From the NCBI RefSeq assembly GCF_018977255.1, contig NW_024704743.1:2296001-2360000 (forward strand): a stretch of 64,000 bases of DNA, in the 5' to 3' direction. A program made the position numbers and the translations under genes. The notes under the pieces were generated by a model. That model worked only from the letters and a program-made list of their open reading frames with translations, had not been told where the DNA came from and did not search any database. Below, piece after piece: positions 39,436 through 51,059 of this stretch (the stretch's first letter is position 1; the number at the start of each line of letters is the position of its first letter). Origin of the DNA: Callorhinchus milii. Taxonomy: Eukaryota.

Positions 39436-39838
39436 CCTTCTCTGAGTCACAAGGCTGTGGGTTCAAGCCCCTCATCGGGACTTGGAATCACACAGTCTAA
39501 GCTGATGCTCCAAGGCAATGTTGAAGGGGGTGGTGGGGGGGGGGAGTGGTGTCGCATTGTCGGAGGTGACGTCCTTTGGAGGAGATGTTAAACCTCGCTC
39601 CCCGTCTGCCTGTCCGGGTGGATGTTAAAGATCCCGCGGGGCTGTTCGAAAAAAGCAGTTTTTCCCGGTGCTCTGGCCAACAATCCCCCAAATAAGTCTT
39701 GGTCACTCGCTCCATGGCTTTTTTATGGGACGCTGCTGTGTGCAAACTGGCTGCCGCGTTTCGCCCACAAAATGCACGTCACTCCACTTTACAGTATATC
39801 CTGTGAAGCGCTTTGAGACGTCTCAAAAACGTGATAAG
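39381..39838 (+). mobile_element. Near full-length DeuSINE (SacSINE1-like)
   Basis: tRNA-like head (GGCTCAATGGTAGC..GGGTTCAAGCCC), Deu domain (GATGTTAAAC..GTCTGCCTGTCCGGGTGGATGTTAAAGATCCC..CTGGCCAACAATCCC) and a 3' half shared with the young SINE. Confidence 0.82.
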
Positions 39839-39859
39839 AAGCAATCTCGGGAGGACCTC

Positions 39860-40190
39860 CCAAAGCGCTTCACTGTGAAGTGGAGTGACTGTTTTTCTGT
39901 GGCATCCAATTTGTGCAGAGCAATATCCCACAAACAGCAGTGAAATTAATGGCCGACTTTATTTGTGGGTTGCGGATCAGGACACTGGAAGAAACTTCTT
40001 TCTCTTTATGAACGGTGGCATGATATATACTTAATTTCTACATGAACAGGCACCTCCAGCAATTCAGCCCAACCCAGCACTGCATTGGGGTGTCAGAATA
40101 AACTAGATGGGTTCCAAGTCCAAACATGGGGCTTGAACCCAATACCTTTTGACCAAGAAGTGAGAGTGCCACCAACTGAGCCAGGTTGAT
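39860..40190 (-). mobile_element. Decayed DeuSINE, tail-to-tail with the previous copy
   Basis: Minus-strand head CCTGGCTCAGTTGGTGGCACTCTC..GGGTTCAAGCCCC. Confidence 0.65.
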
Positions 40191-42126
40191 GGACAGGTAT
40201 GAAGTTTATAACACGAGTGAGCAATGCCAACCAATTAAATGGAGGATCCCAATCTACTGTTAGGAATAAACAATCACACTCTCATCTTCTGACTGCGATA
40301 TAACCTAACCCTTATGTTCAGTGACTTTGCCAAAAACCGCTCTCTCCTGTTCCCTTCCCAACACTGCAGCCATAATCTCCAGCTCACGAAAGTTTGATGT
40401 GACCAGAAAATAGTTACTCACTTTTGTGATGCACCTTCTCGTTGTGGCGCCACGCTATTGGCACCTTAACGGTCTGAACCGGACCTTAATAAGTTAAATT
40501 GGCCTTTTTTCCTCCCTTTCTGTGCCCAAAAAAAGATTTCCGAGAGAGAAACCACAGCATTCTGCCTCCGTGTCCTTACATTGTCCCGAAAATTAGCCGC
40601 TGCAGGAATGTTGGCCTCAGAGTGTCTTGTGTTATCCCGAAGTAAATATGTAAGTTCAAAAACCCACCTGTGGGAATTCAACTAATTTATGCCATATTGT
40701 GAAAAAGTAAGACTGAGAATCTTTTTTGCCAACACTGTTGGAAAACACTCTCGGCTGAAGCACAATGCAGATTGGGGGGTGAGGTGGGGGTTTGATCCTA
40801 AAGATAACATTTTAAAGAATTAGCCGTCTTTGAGCAGGAATTTGTGTGAAGGTAAGACTGTGCTCGCATGAAAAGGAAAAAAAAACGAACCCACAGTTCA
40901 TTTAATGCTTCTGGTAGATATACAAAGAAAGAAAAACAAGTGACTTCACTTGAACATAGTCTTCGGTATGAATGCACAGTAGTGAGGCTGGGGACCAAAG
41001 GGGAAGTAGCTGTTTTTTCACATGTAAAGAACAAAGAAATAGTTCAAGTTTTAATGACACTTCTACGCACAACAAAAACCATAGTTAAAAAGAAAAAAAA
41101 ATCTTGCCGATGCCACCGCACAAAAGATTAGCTGTGTAACTTATCAGCCTTCTTTCATTTTTGTGTTCCAATTGTACCGTTCCTGCAATAACATGAAAAG
41201 GTTTTTTTTCCTCTTTTACTCACTTGGTAATTTGAAAAGCTCATGTCGGTGCTAATTAGGGCCAGTTAAATTTACTTCAATAGGGCACCTGAAGGGAATA
41301 GCAAAACATCAGTTTATTTCATATATTTTCTTGCTATTACGAATGGCGAGCGTAAGTTTCAAGTGATATATTCTCCGTTCTTCCTATACGAAGAGCAAAT
41401 GCATTATTTTTAGTTGCAGTCCCGTTAGGACAGACAAGTAATTTGCCGATGATTCACATTTGCTGTAAGAATCTGTTGCCGTAGTTTTAAATATGGCCAG
41501 GTCACAATATAACAAGTGCCCTGGGACACTAGCCCATGTGAAGAGCGCTGTATTGTTGTTGTTAAATTATGGCCATGTCACAATCCCCACAAACATCGGC
41601 AACCTGCGATGAGAATCTACAGATTCAGTTAGAAGATATTTCCTGCTCTGGGATACTACCTTGTGTGAGGGGCGCGAATTGCTGTTGTTGTTGTTGTTGC
41701 CGGAGCCTGAAGGTTCCTAAATAGTATGAGTTGCCAGCGTCAAATTCTATATTCTTTCTAACTGGAGCTTCTCGATATCACTAAAGCGATACCTGATTTG
41801 TGCAGTACAAAAAGAATGTATTTTAAACCAGGTTACTGTACATTGATGCGATAGGATGCTGTCTGATCTGAACTGCACATTAATGGAGTGGGAACCTTTC
41901 CTGTTGAGATGTTCCACCTTGAATGCCACACTTGGAAAGTTGGCAGTTGTACGAAACTGTTGTCTTTCTATCTGTCAAAGTGGCGGAAAGAAGACTCCTG
42001 AGCCACCGGAACCAAACTTTTAGGCATCTGTTGGATTGATGTCATGGTTCTAATGTCCACTTACAATGTCCAGATAAAGCCCCAAAACAGCACATGGTAA
42101 GCAAATTTAGGACTACTGTGATCTGT

Positions 42127-42534
42127 GGAGACCTGTATCTCAGGGGTTAGAGCTCTCGCCTCGCAAGCGAGAGGGACCTGGGTTTGATTCCTGGGGCAGG
42201 TCAGGGCGAAACATTGGGCAAGTTTCCTCACTCCACACACACACACACGCACGCGCCTCTGTTTACCAGCAGTCAGTAGGAACCCGGTTGTTAGTCGATT
42301 GGCGGATCACTTTTCTGGGGGTAATAATCCCTTCAAAATAAATAATAATAATTTGGTCAATCAACCCGCGGCTGTTTGTGGGGGACGCTGCTGTGCGCAA
42401 TTGGCTGCCGCGTTTCGCCCACAAAATACAGTCAATTTGCTTTACAGTGTATCCTGTGAAGCGCTTTGAGATGTCTCGAAGACGTGATAAGGCGCTGTAT
42501 CAAATGCCAGGATTATTATTATTATTATTATTAT
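42127..42534 (+). mobile_element. Full-length SINE
   Basis: All modules plus (ATT)n. Confidence 0.93.
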
Positions 42535-42929
42535 CTTCACTGACGTGGGGAAAGTGTTTTTCGTTACTGAGGAACCTCTGAAAGAATGTGTCGCACTGTC
42601 TCCTTTAGCCGTCTTACTCTTGTTGCCTTCAACTACGTCTTCAAGAGCGACGCCAGTCCAGGGTTTTATATTCCAGCATTGGCTTTTTTGATATTCCTTC
42701 TATTTTCATCGACAGGGGAATCTGACTGCTCCCAATTTTCTTTCTTTAAAAATTTATCAAAAAAATGATACGACTTTTACGTCTGATAATCACCCTCATT
42801 CACGTTCTTTCGAATAGCTGCCAAAAATCCTTCTCTGGATAATCCGTACCACAATATTCACTGTACAGATCCCAAGCACGTCACTTCAAGGCCGGTCTCA
42901 AAACCTTTCTCTTTGACCTTCAGCCTTCA

Positions 42930-43228
42930 GCTCCCCTCTCGACTCTCTTCCCCCTCCTCGCTCCCTCCCTTCCCTCCCCTCACCCTGACCATTTCCCCCC
43001 TCCTCTCTCCCTCCCTTCCCTCCCCTCACCCTGACCATTTCCCCCTCCTCGCTCCCTCCCTTCCCTCCCCTCACCCTGATCATTTCCCCCCTCCTCGCTC
43101 CCTCCCTTCCCTCCCCTCACCCTGACCATTTCCCCAATGCTCGGGTCATGACCCAACTGTGCAGTGCCTTGGGACGTCCTCCTGACGTGAAAGGCGCTTT
43201 ATAAATCTAATCTTGTTGTTGTTGTTGT
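42930..43228 (+). repeat. C-rich minisatellite (~4 units) inside an L2 3' end
   Basis: Repeated CCCCCTCCTCGCTCCCTCCCTTCCCTCCCCTCACCCTGACCATTT, followed by the L2 tail GTGCCTTGGGACGTCCTCCTGACGTGAAAGGCGC(TTG)n. Confidence 0.85.
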
Positions 43229-43757
43229 TCTCCTCGTACCTTAATTGTCTTTAAAACAAAGTACAAATGCCCACAAGGATAATAAATATATAACCACGAA
43301 AATTGCCTCTAACGTGGCCAAAAGAGCTGCTCCTGGATGAGCAGGATAATTTGCTGGTTCTCCTCCATCTCCTTTTGTTACCTCTTCTGCATTTAGGACG
43401 TCTTCAATAACCTGCTCGGATTACGTGGATTTTGTGTTATACAACACAGGGTGCTTGGAAATATGTGAACCTTTACTTATGTGAAAGGGATTAATGCGCA
43501 GCTTCCTACCCAGCCTTTCCCAAGCTCCGCACAGCAATGACTTGAGGTATTTTTTTCCTCCCCCCCCCCCCCCCCCACCCCCTTTCATTGATCCCAGACT
43601 CTCCTGTGTTTGAAGGCAGCATTGAATTGGTATTGGCACTGCAGCCTTCTAACGAAATAAAGGGAATTCTCAGCAATTAACAGCTAATTGCTGAATTGTT
43701 GTCCAGCAAAAGCTAATCCATCCCAGTCATATCGGGAAGGGTATCGGGGTTTCCCAG

Positions 43758-43771
43758 CTGCCCCCTAGTGG
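43758..43771 (-). promoter_or_regulatory. Candidate CTCF binding site
   Basis: CTGCCCCCTAGTGG (minus strand CCACTAGGGGGCAG) matches the vertebrate CTCF core consensus and lies in unique sequence. Confidence 0.6.
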
Positions 43772-44169
43772 TAAGGGCAGTGGATGAATCTTCAACACTT
43801 TCTCAATGGAGATACCTTCTTACCGCTCGCCAACACAAAGAAGACTTAACATGGCTCTTTATTGCTCTCACTGATTCCTCTGCTGCTTCAGGTTGCAACT
43901 AGAACCTGAATGTGAAACTTAAGACACCAGTTCCCACTTGGCGATGTCATCCGCAGGCATGGGGTTAACTTCTCACGACCCTCCTCTTTGACCGAGCCTT
44001 CAGCTGCCTCCCCCCCCCCCACCCCCCCATACACACACACCCCTCTCCCCCACTTCACAAGTGGGAAAAAGGAGAGGCCCAAGGATAGAGCCCTGAGGAT
44101 CATCACACAGATGGTGATAGTGTGGAGGTGGGAGGAGAAGCCATTCGAAGAAACCAAGTGGAGATGTTG

Positions 44170-44770
44170 GGATAAGGTAAGCCTCTCACGTCAGGAGGAC
44201 GTCCCAAGGCGCTGGATGGTCAGGGATTTGGACCCGAGCTGGGGGTCAGGTTTGGGGAGGGTGGAAGGTAAGAGGATGGCTGAAGGAGCAGACGAAGAGG
44301 AGGGTTTTGAGACGTGCCTCGAAGGAGGCGAAGGAGGGGGCGAGACAAAGGGACTGTGGGATGGAGTTCCAAAGGGTGGGGGCAGAGAGGCTGAACGAGC
44401 TGATGGTGGGGCGGGCTGGGCAGGGGAAGGTGGAGCAGGCCGGAGCCCGCTGAGTGGAGATAGCGCACAGGTTGATATGGGGTCAGCAGGTCACAGAGGT
44501 AGGGAGGGGCAAGGCCATGGAGGGTCTTGAAGGTGAGGTCAAGGATGTTGAACTGTATCCTCTGGGAAATGGGGAGCCAGTGGAGCCAGGCGGGCGAGGG
44601 TGGGGGTGATGGGATCACGGAGCCTGGTGCAGGAGTTGACACGAGCTGCAGAGTTTTGGATGATCTGCAGCTTGTTGTTTCTTCTGCGATTAGGAGAGAA
44701 GAGTTGGGGGAAGGCTGACAAGCAGGGATTGGCGTAATAAACTTTATCTCTACCCTCAACCTCCATCAAG
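44170..44770 (-). mobile_element. L2 LINE ORF2 C-terminus plus 3'UTR
   Basis: KLQIIQNSAARV...LHWLPISQRIQFNILDLTFKTLHGLAPPYLCDLLTPYQPVR, followed by the L2 tail. Confidence 0.88.
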
Positions 44771-45124
44771 GCCGACCATAAGACCTTCCTTTTTCTTCTT
44801 CCCTTTTCTTTTAAACAATTGCAACGTATTGATTATTTTAGGAGTGGATGTTTTTTTTGCTCTGCAGAATGGGTATTTCTCTGTTCTATGCAAAGAGGTG
44901 TTTCTGTTGTATGGGGTGAGATACATGAGATGAAATCCAAAATGAAAGGTTTCATTTCTCAGAGAGAGAAACTGGTTGAACTGTGTTTTTTCCCACTAGA
45001 AAAGAGGAGGTTGACAAGGTTGAGACCTGATAACGTTTATGAAGTTTGCGGGATTGCAATCCGATCGGAATTGAGTGAAGTGAGAATCTTTCCTGCGTTT
45101 GGGATTGGAGGGGAGGGGGTTGGT

Positions 45125-45327
45125 GTCCTGTAGAGCAGTGGTTAGAGCACTTGCCTCGCAAGCGAGAGGACCTGGCATCCGTGAATTGATTAACAAGCGG
45201 ATTCCTACTTATCGCTAGGTAAACAGCGGCGTGTGTGTGGAATAAGGAGACCTGCCTAAGGTTTCGTCCTGCCCAGGCCCTCTCGCTTGTGAGACAAGTG
45301 CTCTAACCACCGAGACTACAGGACTCC
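45125..45327. mobile_element. Two inverted SINE heads
   Basis: Plus-strand head at 45125-45173 and minus-strand SINE 5' part at ~45185-45327. Confidence 0.8.
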
Positions 45328-45608
45328 ATCATTGCAATGCGATTCAAACCTTTTATTGCAGTGCTGAGCGGCAATCAGATTCACATCCAGAGGGTGTGAG
45401 ACCGACGTTATTACTCTAGTTTATAAGCGTGCTCGGTGTGGAAGGATTGCAAACTACCTCTGATCGCTTGCTTATTATTATGGGCTTAACCAAAACGCAT
45501 TCCACAAAATGAATCAGATTAAATTTTGGCTTTGCAACTAACACAGTTTAAAAAAAAAGGCTGTCTCACCATCAGAACCCTTGTTTTCAACACAATCAGT
45601 TATCATAA

Positions 45609-45927
45609 GAGTCCCTGTAGCTCAGGGGTTAGAGCCCTCGCCTTGCAAGCGAGAGGACCTGGGTTCAATTCCTGGGCAGGTCAGGGCGAGACATTGGGGG
45701 GGCAAGTTTCCTTACTCCACACACACACACACATATTAACCAGTAGTCAGTAGGAACTCGGTTGTTAGTCGATTGGTGGATCACTTTTATAGGGCTAATA
45801 ATCCCTTAAAATAATAATAATAATTTGGTCATTCAATCCACGACTGTTTGTGGGGACGCTGCTGTGTGCAATTGGCTGCCGCGTTTTGCCCACAGAAAAT
45901 AGTCAATTCATTTTACAGCGTATTCTG
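45609..45927 (+). mobile_element. SINE, 3'-truncated
   Basis: Head, (CA)n tract, internal segment and most of the 3' half. Confidence 0.88.
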
Positions 45928-46494
45928 ACAGTGAAAAGGAACTGAATTCACATCCACAATCCCTTTTAATGGGATGATTATTGAGGTTTCCTGGAATAAA
46001 GAATAAAGTGGACTATTACTGTCCCGTAAACGGCAGAAGCAGAATTAATAGGGATGTTTAAAAGAGAGCGACAGATAGTTGGGCGGTTGTGCTATATTAA
46101 GGGGTATAATGAAAGAGCAGGGCATCAGGATTAAAAGATCTGTTAAAATCTAAAAAACTGGTGAAGGAGGATTGATGGGATGCAAAGCTTCCTCCCGTTC
46201 CTGTTTCCCTATATTCGCAATCACCTGTGTCCCTGTGTACGGACTGGCTTAAAGCCTTTTATAAATGAAATCATTCAACAGGAAACCACCACAATAAGAA
46301 CGAGAAAACAATACTAAAGAGTGCCTCCACGTCGGGAGGACGTCTTAACAAGAGCCTAGCGTGAGGGGCGCTGTCTAAACACAAATTGTTGTGGTTGTCA
46401 CATTGCTGGATTGGTACCCGAGCTGCGCCCGGGAGTCGAGAAGGACGGGGAGGGGAAAGGTGACCAAAACACGTGGCCAAAGAGTACGTTTTAA

Positions 46495-46752
46495 GATAAT
46501 AATAATAATAATCCTTGCATTTGATATAGCGCTTTCACGTCGGGAGGACGTCCCAAAGCGCTTCACAGAACACACTGTAAAGTGAATTGACTGTATATTT
46601 GTGGGCGAACGCGGCAGCCAATTGCGCACAGCAATGTCCCACAAACAGTCGCAGATTGAAAATAACCAATTTATTATTGTTTGGGGTTTTTGGAGGGATT
46701 ATTATTAGGCTCTGTGTGGAGTAAGGAAACTTGCCCAAGGTTTCGCCCTGAC
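46495..46752 (-). mobile_element. Short-subfamily SINE lacking its head
   Basis: Near-identical to 2420-2648. Confidence 0.85.
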
Positions 46753-46754
46753 TG

Positions 46755-47135
46755 GGCCTTGAAAGAGGGGAGAGGATGGAGTGAGTTGGAGGGACTCTGG
46801 GATGGAGTTCCAGAGAACGGGGGCAGAATGGCTGACGGTGGGGCAGGCAGGGCAGAGGACGGGAAGTGAGCTTGTGCTCACTGAGTGAAGGAACCTCGCT
46901 TTGAGAGGGTTGAAGGGGGTTCATGGAGCTACGTGGGGTGAGACTGCAGAGGGATTTTAATGTGAGAATGAGGATCTTTAACTGGATCCACCAGGGGTTG
47001 GGGAACCAATGGAGCTGAGGATGGGGGAGATAGGATTCTGAGGCTTCCAGAGCCTGGTGTAGGAGAAGGCACAGCCTGCGATGTTCTGGTTGATCTGCGG
47101 CTTGTGTAGGGGAGCTCTGGGCAGTAGGAAATGAT
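46755..47135 (-). mobile_element. L2 ORF2 C-terminal fragment
   Basis: QINQNIA...LHWF...IQLKILILTLKSL...LWNSIP-type motifs across frameshifts. Confidence 0.72.
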
Positions 47136-47179
47136 GATGGTCTTGAAAGCAGTTTCCAACAATACATGAATGAAGTTGT

Positions 47180-47432
47180 GCATTCAGCCACTCTGCCCCG
47201 ACACACTGGAACTCTATCCCACAATCCCTCCGCCTCACCCCCTCTCTCTCTTGCCTCCTTCAAGTCCCGTCTAAAGACCTTCCTCTTCGACTGTGCTTTC
47301 GCCCACCCTCCTGGCCCCCACATCCCCTGCCCTCCACCCCTCCTAACCTCCAACTCTCAGCTCGGATCCCAAAAAACCCTGATTGTCCAGCGCCTTGGGA
47401 CGTTTTTCCGATGTGTAGGGAGTGCGCTAAAG
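47180..47432 (+). mobile_element. L2 3' end
   Basis: FSHSAP..WNSIPQSLR...FKSRLKTFLFDCAF plus tail TGTCCAGCGCCTTGGGACG. Confidence 0.8.
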
Positions 47433-49904
47433 AGGCAGAGGGGCCATTGACACTGAGATAAGGGACTGATTTCAAAAAGTTAAACCTAAAATATTTCAGT
47501 ATTTATTTGAAATGCTTTATGTTGATAATAATATTAACAGTCGCCCTTGGTCTGACCTATTCTTTCTCGAGTGATTAAATATTCATTGCTGTCTTAAAGG
47601 ATCTTGCAGGACTGCTCACATTTTTGCTGTACTTCATAAAAAAGGAGGCAGGTGACAAAGAGTTGCTGGAGCCCCCACCATTGCTTCAAAATAAATAATA
47701 ATAAATTGCTCACTCAACCCACGGCTCTTTGTGGGGACGCTGCTGTGCGCAATTGGCTGCCGTGTTTTGCCCACAAAATATACAGTCAATTCACTTTACG
47801 GCATATCCTGTGAAGCGCTTTGAGACGTCTCGAAGACGTGATCAGGCGCTGTGTCAAATGCCGGGATTATTATTGTTATTATTATTGTTGTTGTCTCCAA
47901 TTAAATTTTCGAAGGAAGACATGGGTAACCTGGAGAATATCACTGAAACCCAGAAGCTTGAAATTCCGCATAATCTTATCCTTCGGACTATTTTTAAAAC
48001 CGAAGTTCGGGCTGAATTGTGGAACGTTCTTGAATTTCTATCCTGATTTAGAGGCCGATTTAATTTTAAGAACTGCGGAAAACCACTTTCCAAATTGAAA
48101 CTGGAAGCGAAGAACGTTTTGCACAAATCTTTGAGATTTTAAATTCTCAGACAGACTGTTTTTTTTTGTCCAGGCAACAGCTTAAGTAGAATTTCTGCCA
48201 CCTCCATCTTCCCCCTCCACTTTGCTTTAAAGTGCAAATCGAAAAGTTCACATGAAGTGTAAGTCATCCATTATGTCTAAATAAAAAGCAAATGATTCGA
48301 CTGACACTTTCACAAAATTGTTTGGAAAATTAGATTCGCATTTAATCGAGAAAATACAAAGAAGGAGTAGATACAAGAGGCTGAATAAAGATTAGGAAAA
48401 AAAACCACTTGGGCTCAGCGATAGAATTTACAAAAATTGCATTGTAGGCGAAGGGTAAGTGAGCTGGATCTGTAGAAGTTCTGGCTGAAAGAAAGAAATC
48501 TTTTGAGACTCGCAAACCTCATTTCTCACAGTCTCTATAGAAGGGAGGCAGAGAATTCAAACAGGACGTTAAATCCAAAGCAAACAGGCAAAAGGACAGA
48601 CCCAATCTTATGGGTAAACACTGGGATGGGGGGGGCGGGGGGGTGGGGGGTGGTGGAAAAATTGGAAATCCTGAAATTAAGTGGATTGCTGAGTTTGAGC
48701 ACAAGCACCAGAATTGTCTCGGGCATTCAGATGACGGGGATACACGAAGGAGTTTAAATTAAAAAGATGCTTCAGAGGGGAAGAGACATAAAAGGAATGC
48801 TTCTTGGCATTCCAACTCTTTTTGTGGAAATCCCTGCAAAGATGGACAGTGAGTTGAGAGGTCAGAGGAGCCAGTTTGCTGAGGCCCAGCTGGGGAAAAG
48901 CATGTTTGAATACTATCTTGAGAAAAAAAAACAACGTTTTAAGAACTGTCCGATTCTCATAACACAGCAGCACTTAAAAAAAAAAGTAATGGATAAAGAA
49001 ACAATTCCTTACTCCTGCCATTCAGACTATCAGTGTTGTCCTCAGCCATTGTAATCTTCCAGCAACAGCTTTCAAAAGCACCAACAGCTAATAAAGGACT
49101 CTGTAACTTCAGCAAACTACAAAACCGAAGCACTGGAAGCTACAGTATCTCGGCGTTGCCGAAAAAATGTCTTGTTAAACAGCTTAGAACCATTCTCGGA
49201 GGTTTTTAAGTAAGCGCACCCAGCTCCAGCTCGCAATATATAAGAAAAAAAACGTTCATTTGCTTGGGATTACGGAGGCAAGAATTAAAGCAAAACTTTA
49301 AGAACCTGACCTTTCAACAAAACCTCACGCCATTACTGTGCAGGGAACTATTTCATACTTGGGTGCCAAATTTTGCATAAGCCTTAAGCCTTGCATAAGC
49401 AAACAAAGCCTTGAGTAAAATTCATCTCCTCCAAACACTGGTGGCAAACATAAACATGGGTGTTTTGTGTATGTGGCGAGAGAGGGCTTGGGAATGAGTT
49501 GTAATTCACGCCGCTTGTGAGTTTGTCTCCCGGCTTCAAACCTTAACAGTTAATTTCAAAGTACGGTGTTTCTCTGGTCAGCTCACTGGGGGAGAGATGA
49601 GTTGAACCCCTTTTCACAAGGGTCTGACACATCTCAGTGGCATCTGAGTGAACTATCTCGGTTCCGGGTATTTATTCCCCAATAACAGAAGTCGATTGTT
49701 TCACTTGGTCCAGTTTTACTGTAGGAAGTAAGACTCTGTATTATTCAAATGCATTTACTTTTTGCTCATTCTTAATCATCACAAGGACAATAATCCTTGA
49801 CTTTTAAATTGTACCTGTTACACTAAGAACATCTCAAAGGGCTTGACGAGGTTTCTGTAAAGCAACTGTGGATTTGTAGGCAAAAGTGGCATCCAACAGC
49901 ACAT

Positions 49905-50173
49905 AGTAATAATAATAATAATCTTTGCATTTGATACAGCGCCTTATCACATTTTCAAGACATCTCAAAGCGCTTTCACAAGATACACTGTAAAGTGGAT
50001 GGACTGTATATTTTGTGGGCGAAACGCAGCAGCCAATTGTCCCACAAACAGTCGTGGATTGAGTGACCAAATTATTTCTATTTATTTTGAATGGATTAAT
50101 AGAGCCCTGGAATCGAACCCAGGTCCTCTCACTTGTGAGATGAGTGTTCTACCCACTGAGCTACAAGACTCCA
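49905..50173 (-). mobile_element. Internally deleted SINE
   Basis: Head and 3' half present, middle absent. Confidence 0.8.
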
Positions 50174-51059
50174 CAGATCTGATCTACCACGGGAAGCAAT
50201 GCCATCGTTTTCTACTCCTGCACAGATTATATATGAATCCTTCACACTGGATAAATTAATTGGAATGCATTGGAATGACACAAATAATGGAATGTTATTC
50301 CCAATTTTCACGTTCAAAGGACTCTTCTCTGGCATTATAAAAGCCAGATTTCCCCCGGCACGGAGGCACAAATTCTACGAAAATCACACAGCTCATTTGA
50401 AACAACGTTTTGGAAGATTCCCGGATGACAGAGAAAAACATAAATGTGCTTTGCATTAGAGGAGATGCCATTTCCATTAGCCGGTGACTTGATTTTATTT
50501 TCCTGGAAATATCAATAGCCCAGGACTGGCCCAATTCCCGTCGAGTATGCAGGGACTCCAGTTGATATTCCAACTAACGGACATTATTTTACACTGGCTC
50601 ACTACTGTGCAAATTATAGTCCAGCATTTAAGCCACTGTGGTGCTATTAATGCCACTGCTCCTAGGTTTAACACGGTGTTAAATGTTTTAAGCCAGATGA
50701 CTGCAAACTTAATTGAGCAAACGACTGGGGTGGGAGGATTCAAATAAGTTTGGGTAGGATGCAAATTCCTACTTGTTTTATGATGTACTGCACATGTTCC
50801 AAGTATAGGGTCCTCTTCCCTTCTGCCTTAAAATGGGACTGAAGTCATGATTAATGAAGTTGGCTCAGTTGGCATCACTGGCCTCTGGCTCAGAACGCTG
50901 CTGTGCGCAATTGGCTGCCGCATGTCGCCCACAAAATACAGTCACTATACTTTACAGCGTATCCTGTGAAGCGCTTTGAGACGTCTCGAAGACGTGATCA
51001 GGTGCGGTGTCAAATGCCAGGATTATTATTATTGTTATTATTTTTCTTCCCTTATTATA

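Noticed and set aside
46535..47353. Longest ORF in the track (272 aa)
   Set aside because: It runs across two oppositely oriented L2 fragments and a SINE, so it is a chance read-through
46755..47432. Single L2 insertion with a 5' inversion
   Set aside because: Both pieces cover the same WNSIP region, so they are more likely independent copies
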